A stretch of 64,000 bases of DNA, from assembly GCA_963693365.1 (NCBI GenBank), contig CAVNZM010000005.1, forward strand, positions 1,674,001-1,738,000, read 5' to 3'. The position numbers were made by a program, and so were the translations under genes. Shown one piece after another: positions 1 to 31,526 of this stretch. The notes beneath the pieces are model-generated. The model saw nothing but the letters and a program-made list of their open reading frames with translations. It made no database searches and was not told the DNA's origin. How positions within the stretch are numbered: position 1 is the first letter of the stretch; each line of letters starts with the position of its first letter. This DNA comes from Amoebidium appalachense (lineage: Eukaryota > Protista > Ichthyosporea).

Positions 1-176
1 GAGATGGAGAGGGGGGAGTGGGGAGGTTGGGTTATGTATGTCCTAGCAAAGCTTACGGTTCCGTGTGTGAACAACGACGCAAGAAGCAAAAGGGAATTAA
101 TGAGGGGTAAATCAGCATAATTACATCTGTATAGCCGCACCACATAACCCTTCTAACTGATATTGCTGCTCCGCAG

Positions 177-9737
<9,561 letters not shown>

Positions 9738-11478
9738 TTGGAGGAGAGTCACGTGTGGAATTTGACGTTTTGGTTGAATAGACATTTGTGGTTGGTCGGT
9801 AGTGGTTAATAAAGGTTTATGGGGAATGCTTCTTTTGCACACCTGATGGGTGTGCATTTCTTTTTGGTGGGAAAGCTTGACGAAGGTGAAATGTATGCTT
9901 GATTGTGCGCATGTTTCTCACCCACACCGGCACTTGTTTCCGGAATATATGTATATATGTATCATTAGCCGTGATTTTCGCTAACATTTTTGTCAGGAAT
10001 GACGGATATATGGTCGGGGAAATTTCGTATGTATGTGCATTTTGCACTGAGTGGGGAACTTTTTTTGTCTGCTCTTTCTGGATATAGATGTATTAGGTAT
10101 TGATATATCGATGGGATTTGAGTGCACAAAGGAAATGTGTAGTGGGGTGATCGAATGTGCAGGCACTGTGAGAATGATTATGGACCAATGAACGGAGAGT
10201 GGACCGACCATGTGAATATGATTGGGTGCTTTGAGCCAATGCCGGAGGGTTAGCCATGTGTCTATAATTGTCTGCAGTGCTCGTTTTAATAAACTCGGGG
10301 AGAATGAAAGTGCTGTATCATGGATTCCACGTTCGAGCAGATAGTCATCGTGTAGCCCCCCCCCTCTCCCCCGTCTGACCCACCAAAAAAACAGTCAGTA
10401 CAGTCTTGAATATGTGTGTGTGTGTGTGTGTGTGTTGTCATGTGTGTGTTTGTGTATGTGTGTGTGTATGTGTTGTGTGTGCGCAAGTGTGGGTGTGTGT
10501 GTGTGTAATGTGTGTGTGTGTGTCTGTGTGTGTGTGGCTTGTGTGGCTTTGCGCGACATGCGTGCATGCGCGCGCGCCGGTGTGTGTGTTTGAGTGTGTG
10601 TGTGTGCGGATGTGTGCGCTTGTGTGGCATGTGTGCATGCGTGTGCTTGTGTGTGTGTGTGTGTGTGCGCGCGCGCGTGTGTGTGTTTTACTTGCTGCAT
10701 GCCCGGGTATGGATGTTTTAAGAGAGAGACATACACAGCGAGATCGAGAGCAGGGGAGATGAGAGTGTGTGTGCAAGCCACTGGGCCATGTCTATGCAGC
10801 AGGTGGGTGAGTATGTGTGTGTGTGTGGTGTGTGGTGGTGATGGTGTGTGTTTGTGTGTGTGTGGGGGGGGGGGGGGGGGGCTGATATTGAGGCGGACAT
10901 AGGTACATCTGAATATGCACTGCATATGCCTTTACTGACTGGTCACTGGCCATGGCACTGCCTGTCATATCACATACTTGTGCTATCCCAGATATCCCAC
11001 AGGGTTCCACATGTTATTTCTTCATATGTGCCATCTTGTCTAATTATACCTTCTCCCCGTCCTCCCCCCTCCCCCCATCCCCCCCCCACCTCCCCCTTCC
11101 TCCCAAAAAAACAGAAAGACAAAAGGAAAAAACGTTTGATTGAAAAGCTAATCTGTGTATGCAAACACCGTGTATGCAGGTACATTCATAGTCGCTCGTG
11201 CTGTTGCCTCTGTAGGTGCACCATCACTCGACCCAACTTTCGTGCTTCGGACGTCGTAAGACTCGGTCATGCCTCCCCTCTACGCTGATTGAGATGATTG
11301 TTAGCAAAAAGGAAGCAAACAACCAAGAAAAGCAAGATCTTTATACAAGGCTGACGACAAATGGGCCAAACAAATTGAGGAAAAGAAAGAGGCTTTAATC
11401 TTTTTTCAAAAAACCCAGATTTGCGTGTGGCCCGTATTTGCATATGTGCAAGTGCTGTGAGAGGGACGTGAAGGGTGC

Positions 11479-11537
<59 letters not shown>

Positions 11538-11589
11538 AGTGTGTGTGTGTGTGTGTACGTGTGTGTGCTGTGTGTCCGTGTGTGTTTGT

Positions 11590-11620
<31 letters not shown>

Positions 11621-12308
11621 GGGGGGGGGAGGGGGGAACGGGGGAGGGGGTAGGTAGTGGGTGAAAGTATGGGCGTGGGGGAGAGGTGGGCGGGGGGGGG
11701 GGGGGGGGGGAGGGGGGGGGGTTGAGTATAAAGTCTGCTTGCAGGAACTGGAAGAAAAGGGGCAAAGGAAGGCATGTGAGTAGAGATGCAGAGCAGCATA
11801 CGGCCAAGCAGACAAACAACTCACACACGGAGGGAACGTGGGTAGTGTAAGAATAGGCGATGTATGCAGCATAAATGATCAACCCTTACGAAGCCCAATC
11901 CCTTTTCCCTACAGTTCATCCTTTCCCCTCCCTCATTTCTACCCTCCTTCATTCTCCACATCCTCACTCCATCACTCCGTGCAATAGGTCCAGCACAACC
12001 AACTCTCTTCGGGTCAGCTTCCTCTAGCCTCCGCAAGCAACAAACAAGCCTAACATGGCGATGCAGATCAACCGAGTTACCGGCTTGCTCATTTAGAAGG
12101 ACACCTATAAATATTTGCAAAGACAAGAACAAGCCAGCTTGAAGCTGAGGGAAGGCTGAGAGAACAGGCAACAATAAGAAACGACAACCAGCCCGATGGG
12201 TAGGTGAACATGCTTAAATATCCGCGAGTGAACAAAACCCACAACAGTTTCCGGACTCATAAAACGCTCACAAAAAAAAACCCACCTTTTTTTTCGTTCT
12301 GTGTCTTT

Positions 12309-12476
12309 CTATCGTGCCTCAAACTGGACCATTCTCGTTGTTCTCTTCTTATACAGGATACGGTAGCCACAGTCACGGCAGCGGATCGGATCCTTGGGGC
12401 CCAGAGAGGTTTCCTTGCCACACTGCCCACAGATGTAGATCATAGCCTTTCTTGGCTGCTGTGGCTGTCCGTCCAT
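12309..12476 (-). CDS. RPB12: RNA polymerases I/II/III shared subunit RPABC4 (Rpb12), 55 aa, CDS uninterrupted
   Basis: Manual translation: [55 protein letters not shown]. Zn-ribbon CxxC...CxxC plus [10 protein letters not shown]...QFEAR is the Rpb12/POLR2K signature. It is shorter than the ORF-track cut-off. Probable 5'UTR intron 12597-12762 (GTAAGT...CAG on minus). Confidence 0.96.
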   Translation of the reverse strand: MDGQPQQPRKAMIYICGQCGKETSLGPKDPIRCRDCGYRILYKKRTTRMVQFEAR

Positions 12477-12759
12477 TTTAACTGTTCTGTTTATCTACCG
12501 GTGATGAACTATATGGGGTCTGTGTAGGACTTTCGTGTCTTTATCCGACTATAACAGCCAAGGCTTATGCGAGTTCCAACGAGCACAAGCCCAAATCTGT
12601 GCGTGTTGGTGTTGATGTATATTATGGCTTGCGTTTCTGCTTTATAACTATATTATCTTTAGCGTGGGTTATGCCTATATGAATGTGTGTGTGGCTGTGG
12701 ACTTGAGGCAAGTCTTGAGCACGACGCCTTAAGTGACTTGCAAAGTTTCAGCTCGCACT

Positions 12760-12925
12760 TACGGAAGAGCGGGAAAGCTATAAATAGCTTTGGAGTAAGA
12801 TAAAAACAAGAAGCATTTAAAAAGCTGCTTAAGTTTTGTAGGATGGCTGTTAAAATATTGCTATTTAATTTGTCATGGTATTTTAGCGCCGGAAATTAAC
12901 GCAAGAGCGACTAACCAATCCGTCG
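12760..12925 (-). promoter_or_regulatory. Putative RPB12 promoter
   Basis: Microsatellite-free, AT-richer segment with CCAAT (12915-12919), CCGGAAAT (~12889) and a pyrimidine run (CTTTCCCGCTCTTCC on minus) just before the putative UTR-intron donor. Confidence 0.4.
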
Positions 12926-13310
12926 GTGGTCGGTTGTGCACGTGTTTCGTCAATGCATCAAAACGTATATTAGCTGTGTGTCCTGTGGATCCGTCACAGT
13001 GCATGTGACACACCGTGGCATAGTTAAAGGCTGTCAGCATGCGCAGGGGTGGGCAACAGGCCAACGCCACTTCCACCCAACAATATGAAAGGGTAGGTTA
13101 GGATTTCTTCTCACTCACTTTTGAGGAAATATTTGTTGTTTTATCATATATAGTTGATTTTTTCATATGTACGAGACGAGTTTTTGTATGGACTTGATCG
13201 AGGCGGCTGCTGTTTCTTCTCCCGGAGGAGGGGGGAGGGGGAGGGGGGGGGGGGGATGCATTCTGCCAGCACGCACATGTCACTCAAGGGAGGGAGGGGT
13301 GTGTGTGTGT

Positions 13311-13365
<55 letters not shown>

Positions 13366-14105
13366 CGTTGTGTCACGTCGAGGTTGCACTTCGAGTCGTG
13401 CACGCGTGACTTCCACGTTCACGGTACATAACCAAACGGTGAACTTAACGTTAAATGTGTTATCTTGCAAGACAACAATATTACGGTGCTCGTAATGCGT
13501 TCCCCCAGGCCTATACAATTAACATGTTAATGGTTCAGACTACAACTTGAATAATAGAAACTACAGTTTGTATTTCTCAACGCTGAGTGGGACCGCCGGC
13601 CTCAGGGTGTCACGGGTACCGGTGGGGGGCCATACGTCCACAAAATCTAAGTACATATGCACCTGTGGACAGTGGTGTGCCCTAATATAAAAGCCTCTAA
13701 AATGGAGGGGAAAAAAAAAGAAAAAAAGAAAAAAGAAAAGAAGAGAAAGAAAGTGAGAAATATAAAAAAAAATTACATAACCAGTCTTCTCGAGCTCACT
13801 CCCATGTCCCTTAGCCCCCTCCAACCCTCCCGCTCCCGCCGCCCCACCCCCTAGACCCCCCCCACCATCCTCCCACCTCCCTCCCACCCTCTCCCCTCCC
13901 CCTCCGAGGGCCCCTGCCCCAATCTCCTCCTCCCGTACACGTGGAGGCCCTCGAGTCTTTCCACACATCTTGACACGCACACACACACGCGATGCATGTC
14001 AAACTGTCTGGCGAACGAGGGCGAACGACCCGCAAACTAGTAGTAGGCCCTAGAGTTTGTGAGCACATACTACGACACCCACACCCACACACACACCCAC
14101 ACACG

Positions 14106-14138
<33 letters not shown>

Positions 14139-14213
14139 AAATGCCAGCACGCCCGTGCACACGCACGCACGCACGCAAGCACGTACGCACAAATGCACAC
14201 ACTGTACACACGC

Positions 14214-14249
<36 letters not shown>

Positions 14250-15259
14250 GTGGCACATGTACACGCTCACACTACATTAGTTCCATACGGTATACGTAGA
14301 CGTAGGCCTTGGAACCCTTCCGTACCAAGAATCAGGAACTTCATTATTTCACCAGTCCCTTACCGCTTTGGCTCACCTTCCAGCAGCTCTGCACTGGCCC
14401 AAAGCCCAGATAGCATGTTACAAGCAAGTAAAATGTGTACAGTGACATGTAACACCCGTAGGGCACGTGCACACACACACACACACACACACAGACACAC
14501 ACACGGCGGCGCACGCACATTCACACACACACACCGTGACAAACACACACATCATCATTACACACACACCGCAATGTGGCAAGCATTAACACGGAAACTA
14601 TTTGCTACGTAGTGTCTCAATAACTAAGCGTCATGTGCGGCCGCCATGATCAACAAATTTGGTGCATCAGCTGTGCTGCCATTGAAAGTTTCAACCTGAA
14701 AGCAGCTTCTGAGCACCATATGTGGTTTGCTCTAGATAAAAACGTCTCCACGGACAATAGCCTCGAGCTCAACTTGGCTTCGAGCCCGAAGTTTATTTTA
14801 AAGTTTAAAAAGTTTATTTCCAGCTCCTTGACCCAGAATCTCGTACACTGACGATAATACATCAGCCCGTGCCCGACTGCAGGTAAAATACCACCCAACA
14901 GCTAGCGGTATAAAGAAGACGTGGAACTGTTGAAGAAAACAACAATAAAAACAGTAAAAACCCCGTAGTAAGATATAAAGCCTTTAATAGCAGTCTGGCA
15001 TGCATCTCAGAGTCAGACTAGTAGTAGCCCTAGCTATAGTAATCACAGTGAATTACCCATATATGTACATATTTACCCAGTAAAACGGGCATCATGGCAT
15101 CGAATGTACATCCAAGTACCAACATCAAAAAACTAACGATACTGTACATTTTTACACGGCTGCCTGCCCTGCACTATATAGCCATATCATACTCCACCCG
15201 ATTTGCCAACTCAGCTGCTTGTGCAGGCGCATGCACGTACCCGGTGCACATGCTTCTAA

Positions 15260-15754
15260 TTAGTAATTGGTGTACACACCGCGGACACCGTCAATTGCGC
15301 ACACAAGCAAAGTGATGACACCAAACAGCCACGTAAGGCTCCGCCAAGGCTGGGCGGCATTTGCATATGCGATAGTGTGTGCAATGCGGAGGAAGGTGTA
15401 GACGGACGTGCAGATGATATGAAGGACCGCAACGCCGTTGCCGAAGAGGGCCGCCCACAGAACGATAAGACCGAATGGAATGTTTTCAAGGTCGTTGCCG
15501 ACAATGTGAAGCCATCTCTGTGCGTCTTCCTCTGCCCGAGTGTCTACTTCAACGGCGGTATCTTTGCCACCACTTTTCTCTGTGTCATTCGCGCCGCCGT
15601 CAACATAATCCTCAGGAACACGGTGACCTGGGGCGACCTTTGTGTAGTTTGCTTGAATGAGGGTAGTTGCGACAAACTTGAGCCAAAGGATGATTGTGCA
15701 GGTCAGAAGCGCCTGGAGAGCGCGGGGATCAACGGTGATGACTTGAGCAGCCAT
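15260..15754 (-). CDS. MAPEG family membrane protein (microsomal glutathione S-transferase/PGES-like), intronless, 164 aa
   Basis: ATG at 15754 (MAAQVITV...). Four hydrophobic helices and motifs R-x-PED, QRWLHIVGNDLENIPFGL, RIAHTIAY, QPWRS typical of MGST1-type MAPEG proteins. Confidence 0.9.
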   Translation of the reverse strand: MAAQVITVDPRALQALLTCTIILWLKFVATTLIQANYTKVAPGHRVPEDYVDGGANDTEKSGGKDTAVEVDTRAEEDAQRWLHIVGNDLENIPFGLIVLWAALFGNGVAVLHIICTSVYTFLRIAHTIAYANAAQPWRSLTWLFGVITLLVCAIDGVRGVYTNY

Positions 15755-15799
15755 TTTGTGGAGAGCCTCGTTTAGAGAGAGACTTAGCGTTTGCAAGTT

Positions 15800-16320
15800 G
15801 CGTTTGTTTGTGCTGGGTGTGTGGGACTGATTGACTTTTATAGCTGGATTGTGAACGACAGGCCCCTCACTTCATTGGCCGATGGCACTATCGGCTTATT
15901 CCGGTCGTTGCGGTAGTGTAAGGTGGTAAAGGGGGTCCTATGATTCCTAACTTTGAAAACATTTTGAGCCCCTTGAGGAAATATTTGAAAAACGGTCGGT
16001 AATGTGCTGATATCGTATTAGCCAATCGGAATATCTACGTGTCGACCGAAACTTTACTCCAATCAAAACTGTGCCTCGCACCGGCACGGCGCCTATTATG
16101 GTATTGCGGCCGCGTAAGCTCGACCCAGCTCGACCCAAGGCTTGGCAAGGGTTGCATATCTACAAGCGTCACGGTCTATAAACTTTCCACATATTATTCC
16201 TCATCCTGGGACATATATAGCCTCGCAAGCACAGCACCCCTTCACCAGAAAATATCATACCCAGTTTAGCATTGATTCCACGTTTAAATTTCCTTAACCC
16301 ACAAGTAACTGATTTAAAGG
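15800..16320. promoter_or_regulatory. Divergent (bidirectional) promoter region between the MAPEG and SET genes
   Basis: Head-to-head ATGs at 15754 (-) and 16321 (+). The spacer is repeat-free, with ATTGG (~15874), AGCCAATCGG (16020-16029) and a further CCAAT (~16059). Confidence 0.5.
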
Positions 16321-26735
<10,415 letters not shown>

Positions 26736-26812
26736 GCACGTTTTGTAAACAATGGTCGAATGCACACACACAATGTATATATATGGGGAACGTGCAAACA
26801 CAAACACGCACA

Positions 26813-26887
26813 TGCAACACACACTGATTCGACTACACAACAAAACACACTGCAACACACTCTGATTCGACTACACAACAAAACACA
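26813..26887 (+). repeat. 38-bp tandem duplication in the SET gene 3'UTR region
   Basis: TGCAACACAC(A/T)CTGATTCGACTACACAACAAAACACA at 26813 and 26851. Confidence 0.9.
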
Positions 26888-27213
26888 TTCGAGTGCATGG
26901 AAATGGAGATAATGCACTCCAGGTGATGTACATGTAGTAAAGAATGAGGTGAGGCACACACATGCCGGAGTGAAAAATGAGATGCTGCTTCCAAATATGT
27001 TGATTTCACATGAAACGTGGTCAAATTCATGATGATAGGTCATCAAATGGTGTTGCTCTTTTGCTGCCCCTATATTGTCAAACGTGTGGTAAAGGAAATC
27101 GTTATCTTTGAACCTCTTGGCATGTCAATTTGTTTGAAAGAGGGTACCCGGATTTTCTTTCTTTATTCCTTTTTTATTTCTTTTCTTATCTTTACTTTTT
27201 TCTCTTTAATTTT

Positions 27214-27270
27214 CCTTCTTCTTCTTCTTCTTCTTCTTCTTCTTCTTCTTCTTCTTCTTCTTCTTCTTCT

Positions 27271-27301
<31 letters not shown>

Positions 27302-27329
27302 TTTTTTTTTTTTCTCCGGGGGCCGGGGG

Positions 27330-27363
<34 letters not shown>
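27214..27363 (+). repeat. Compound microsatellite (CTT)n-(CT)n-poly(T)-poly(G)
   Basis: Read directly from the sequence. Confidence 0.95.
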
Positions 27364-27364
<1 letters not shown>

Positions 27365-27603
27365 CGGTCCTCGTTGCTCATAATTATCCATCCAGGCATG
27401 TTACTTTGCAGGCTTGCTGGTTGTGAGGTCTTGTGTTTGTAAGGAAATCCGAATGATGGATGCTATGGTGTGGCTGGGCCCACCGGGAACCTAACAGAAT
27501 GAATGACCCATCTTTATAGCAGACAGTGAGTCGCATGACTCAGTAATGTAAACCACACGGCACCTCTCATATCTCTCTCTCTCAGACTTACCACTGGTAC
27601 TGC

Positions 27604-27659
<56 letters not shown>

Positions 27660-27697
27660 ACCCCCCCACCACAACCACCACCACCACCACAACCACC

Positions 27698-27803
<106 letters not shown>

Positions 27804-28053
27804 ATGGAACACACACCCCAACCCCACCCCACCCTGCGCCCCTCCCCCCCCCCATCCACCACCATCACCACCACCATCACCCATTACCCCAAAGGTTCCG
27901 AGTAGCGATATACAATCGATCACAAATGCTCTCCCCACCCCCCTCCCCGGCCCCCACCTGCCCACCCACCGAATAACAACAACAACAACAAAAAAAAAAG
28001 AAAAAGAAAAAAAGAATAACGAGGAAGAGGATTCCGAAATGGTGATATTGGAA

Positions 28054-28089
<36 letters not shown>

Positions 28090-28891
28090 TTTTTTTTTTC
28101 CCCCACCCACACACCCACACACCACCACCACCACCACCACCACCACCACCACCATCCAGCCAAACGGATAGTATTACGACACTTAGAGGAAACTTCAGCA
28201 AACGGTGTCCTGTGTGTAGCAAGTTCCATGTGTGTCATGCATGGCTGGCAGTGCGTACATGTACACGTGTACATTAATGTGTGTTGTAGAAGTATTATTA
28301 TTATTTTTTTCTCCAGAGCTTGCTATCATAAACCTTGGGGGCAATAATTAGTGCATCGAAATTTGTGTTATACAGATTGCATGGGTCATGGCCTTGGTCT
28401 GCAGCTGTTTGCGAAGGCACACTGTCAGTGAAATAACTAATAACTAAGGTGGGAACATTATTTCCTATCCGTTAGACTACCGATCGTTCTATAGAAGTCT
28501 AACACAAGCAATATATACCACAAAGCCACCGACACGATACACAATAGTTTCTGTACCACGAACACATACATACTAGCAAACTAATTAGTGTGAACACAAA
28601 AGCAGAAGTATATATACGGCTAAGTTACTGTATAACAAGTAGATATGTCTCCATCAAACTTCACCGTTGACAGCATTTTCGGGTATACAACTATCCACCA
28701 CAGGATATTCGAAGATTATTGTAACAGACTTTCGAGCAAACAAAAGAAGACAGAGCTCCCTAAACTGGCAAACACAGATACAACTTAATGAGCAATTTAA
28801 AGCCGGTACAGGATATCTCGATAAGAAAACTAAAAACGATATGCATATCTCACAACTACCATTATTTCAGCATATTTTGCCCAACCCATGC

Positions 28892-29962
28892 TCACTTCAT
28901 TTTAGCACACTCATGCCTGTGCTTAGCCTTCCAACTTTCAGCTGGCAATCCGCCGTGCAGTACCGAACCTTCTTGCATGCTGCACACGAGCAATTTTTCA
29001 GGGGCGAGACAGCACGATGAGCAGATAAACCCAAGTTCTTTAAGTGGCATAATCTCAATCCCCCCGGATATCCCGTCTCGAAAAGGCTTAGATATCTCAC
29101 GAGTGCCCGGGAGAGTTCCGACCCTCGTTTCGACCTCGGAAAACCATGCCCCTTCATCCGGGTCCCACATGATGGTAAAGTACGGCCGCCAGTATTTCGT
29201 TGTAAATTTTGTAATATCCAATTTCTGCATGGCCGTCAGCATCCTTGCCGCCGCTTTAACCGTTTTTTTGTTGCCGGAAAACACCCGAGTCAAGACTTCC
29301 TGTGTTTCCTCCTTGCCGTATATGAGTGAGATCAACTAGAATATGCCTGTGATGTTAAAAACGGGCTCCCAATGTGTTTCGGTCGCCAAACCGGCCAATA
29401 TACCATGAAAAAACCCGCCATTTTCAAGCGTTTTTATGTCCGGTTTTATGTGTGTACATTCTGGAATAAACCGGGTGCTGCTGACCATTTTCACGAATGC
29501 ATACAATCCGTTCGTGGCGTGGATTCGCTCCATTGCCGACCGTGACTCGAGATTCCGCGCCAAGACTAGCATTCCTGCCGTCATAATTTCCTTCGTGAAA
29601 GGCATGGTAAAGTGCTGAATAATTGGTTCGGTGTATTTAGTGTGAACCAATAACCGCAGGGTTTCCGCAGCGCATTCGCGAATTTCGGAGGCAATTCCGT
29701 AGGATTTTGCCCGTACCGTTCTGTCGTCCCAGAAAGCCATCCGGCCGTAGAGTTTGAGACACCGGACGGGTGGCACGCCCATCTGCACGTGTGATACGAA
29801 CGGAGAGCTGCAAATGGAAAGCAGAATTAGTATTGACCCATTTGTGATACATTAGTCAATATGTGGATATCTACTGGAAGTTGTGCATGGAAGAAGGCTA
29901 AGATGACATGAGGCCAAAAAGACCTCAGAACGAGGCTTGGGGGGGTGAAAGGGAGCCGGGCT

Positions 29963-29995
<33 letters not shown>

Positions 29996-31526
29996 GGGGG
30001 GGAGAGAGAGGGGGCGAGGAAGGGGGGGGGGGGGGGGGGGAGAGGGGGGGGGGCTGGTGCGCGCAGGAGGGGAGGGGGAGGGGGGGGAGAGAGAGGAAGG
30101 GGAAGGAAAGAGACACACACACAGAGAGAAAGAGGAAGGGAGGGAGGTAGGTAGGTAGGGAGTGAGGGAGAGAGCGGGGGAGAGAGAAAGAGAGGGAGAA
30201 AGAAGAGAGGGGGGGGGGGCAGGCAGAGAGGGAGAGAGCTCTCTCGGAGCTAGGACCGGGAGGAAAGAGAGGGGGGTAGGGGGAGGTAAAGAATCTGAGA
30301 AAAAACCGTTGGGAAAAAGTAGAGCAATAGGATGTTTTGTTTGTTGTCTTGTGTTTGCCGGAGAGAGGGGAGGGAGCGAATGATGAGAGGGTTTGATGGG
30401 ATGGGTGGGGGTTTGCAGGGGGTGCTGGTGATAGAGGTATGTATGCACAGCGTGGCAAACCTGTGATTAACTTTATGTTCCCTCCATGGGGAGGGGAGGG
30501 GGGGGGGGGGGGGGGGGGGGAGAGAAAGAGAGAGGGGTGTACCGGGAGGAGAGAAGAGGGTGGGTGGGGAATGCTAAGAATGGGAGAGACGGGACGGGTC
30601 TTGGGGTGTATAAGTACAAGGAGAAGGGTGAGAAGGAGGCGGCTCTGGGGACTGGGGAGAAAAAGGGAATGGAGGGGGGGGAGAGGGAGGGAAGGAAGGG
30701 ACTGTAGGGGGGGGGGGGGAAGGGGGGAGGGGGCAAGGGAACAATGCACTAAGCATACCTCCGCACACACGTCCTCCTCGGTGCACGTAGCCAACATCAG
30801 CCCAGCCTGCACGGCGGCAGGATAATACAGTGCAGCACGGGCCCTGGTTTCCTGCGTGTACCTGCTGCAGTCTCGCAGCGCGGACAGTGTGTGAGCAACG
30901 GCAACGAGGGCTTGTCTTCGCTCCAGTAGCAGGCCGTCCCTAGCAACACCAATAAGACGGGGTATCCCAGGGAGGAGCCTCTCCGGATATCTCTCGGCCG
31001 CCAACATTAGCACACGCGTTGCGTAAAATCCGACGAAGTCTAACCTCCAAGCCAGCATCTCAAAAAGCGCAGGTACCATGCCAGCGTTTACACAATCTCT
31101 CCACAGATCATCCTTATCAGGACACTCCACGGTCAACATAAGCGTCATGACACTCCACGGTCAACATAAGCGTCATGTTCGCAAGTGCAGTCTGCACGTG
31201 GCAATTGAGTATTTGCGTAAAAGGTCGGAAAGCCCTCGCAGGGCCTCGGTGCGTTGTGTGGGGCATCCTAGAACCGCGGCATCGACCCACATGTCCCCAA
31301 AGGTTGAGCGGACGCACGCGGTGCACTCATCCTCGTCATCATCCCCAAGGATTTTTTGGCTCGCTACCTGTTGCGGGTTTATTACTCCATGATTTTCGTA
31401 GGACTTTAGCATGGGGGGGGTTATTCCAAGCTCCTGTCTCCATTTTGTGACGTGTGTTTTAAGGGTGGCTTGGGATGTGAAGAGAGCGCGTGACGCGGCA
31501 GCGTCAAAGCTGCTCTGCCCAAGCAT
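28892..31526 (-). pseudogene. Disrupted gene for a helical (ARM-like) protein with a C-terminal MYND zinc finger
   Basis: Coding-like blocks 31526-~31198, 31148-30759 (donor GTATGC at 30758) and ~29808-28892. The MYND is split across two frames: CSSC...KLLVC / ACKKVRYCTADCQLK / WKAKHRHEC. Lesions: in-frame TAG at 29336-29338, frameshift near 31198, 28-bp tandem duplication 31121-31176, two indels at ~28936 and ~28985. Confidence 0.75.
31121..31176 (+). repeat. Perfect 28-bp tandem duplication inside the MYND gene exon
   Basis: GACACTCCACGGTCAACATAAGCGTCAT at 31121-31148 and 31149-31176. Confidence 0.97.

Noticed and set aside
29336-29338. Alternative genetic code (TAG reassigned)
   Set aside because: TAG terminates RPB12 right after the conserved FEAR end and also terminates the SET gene.
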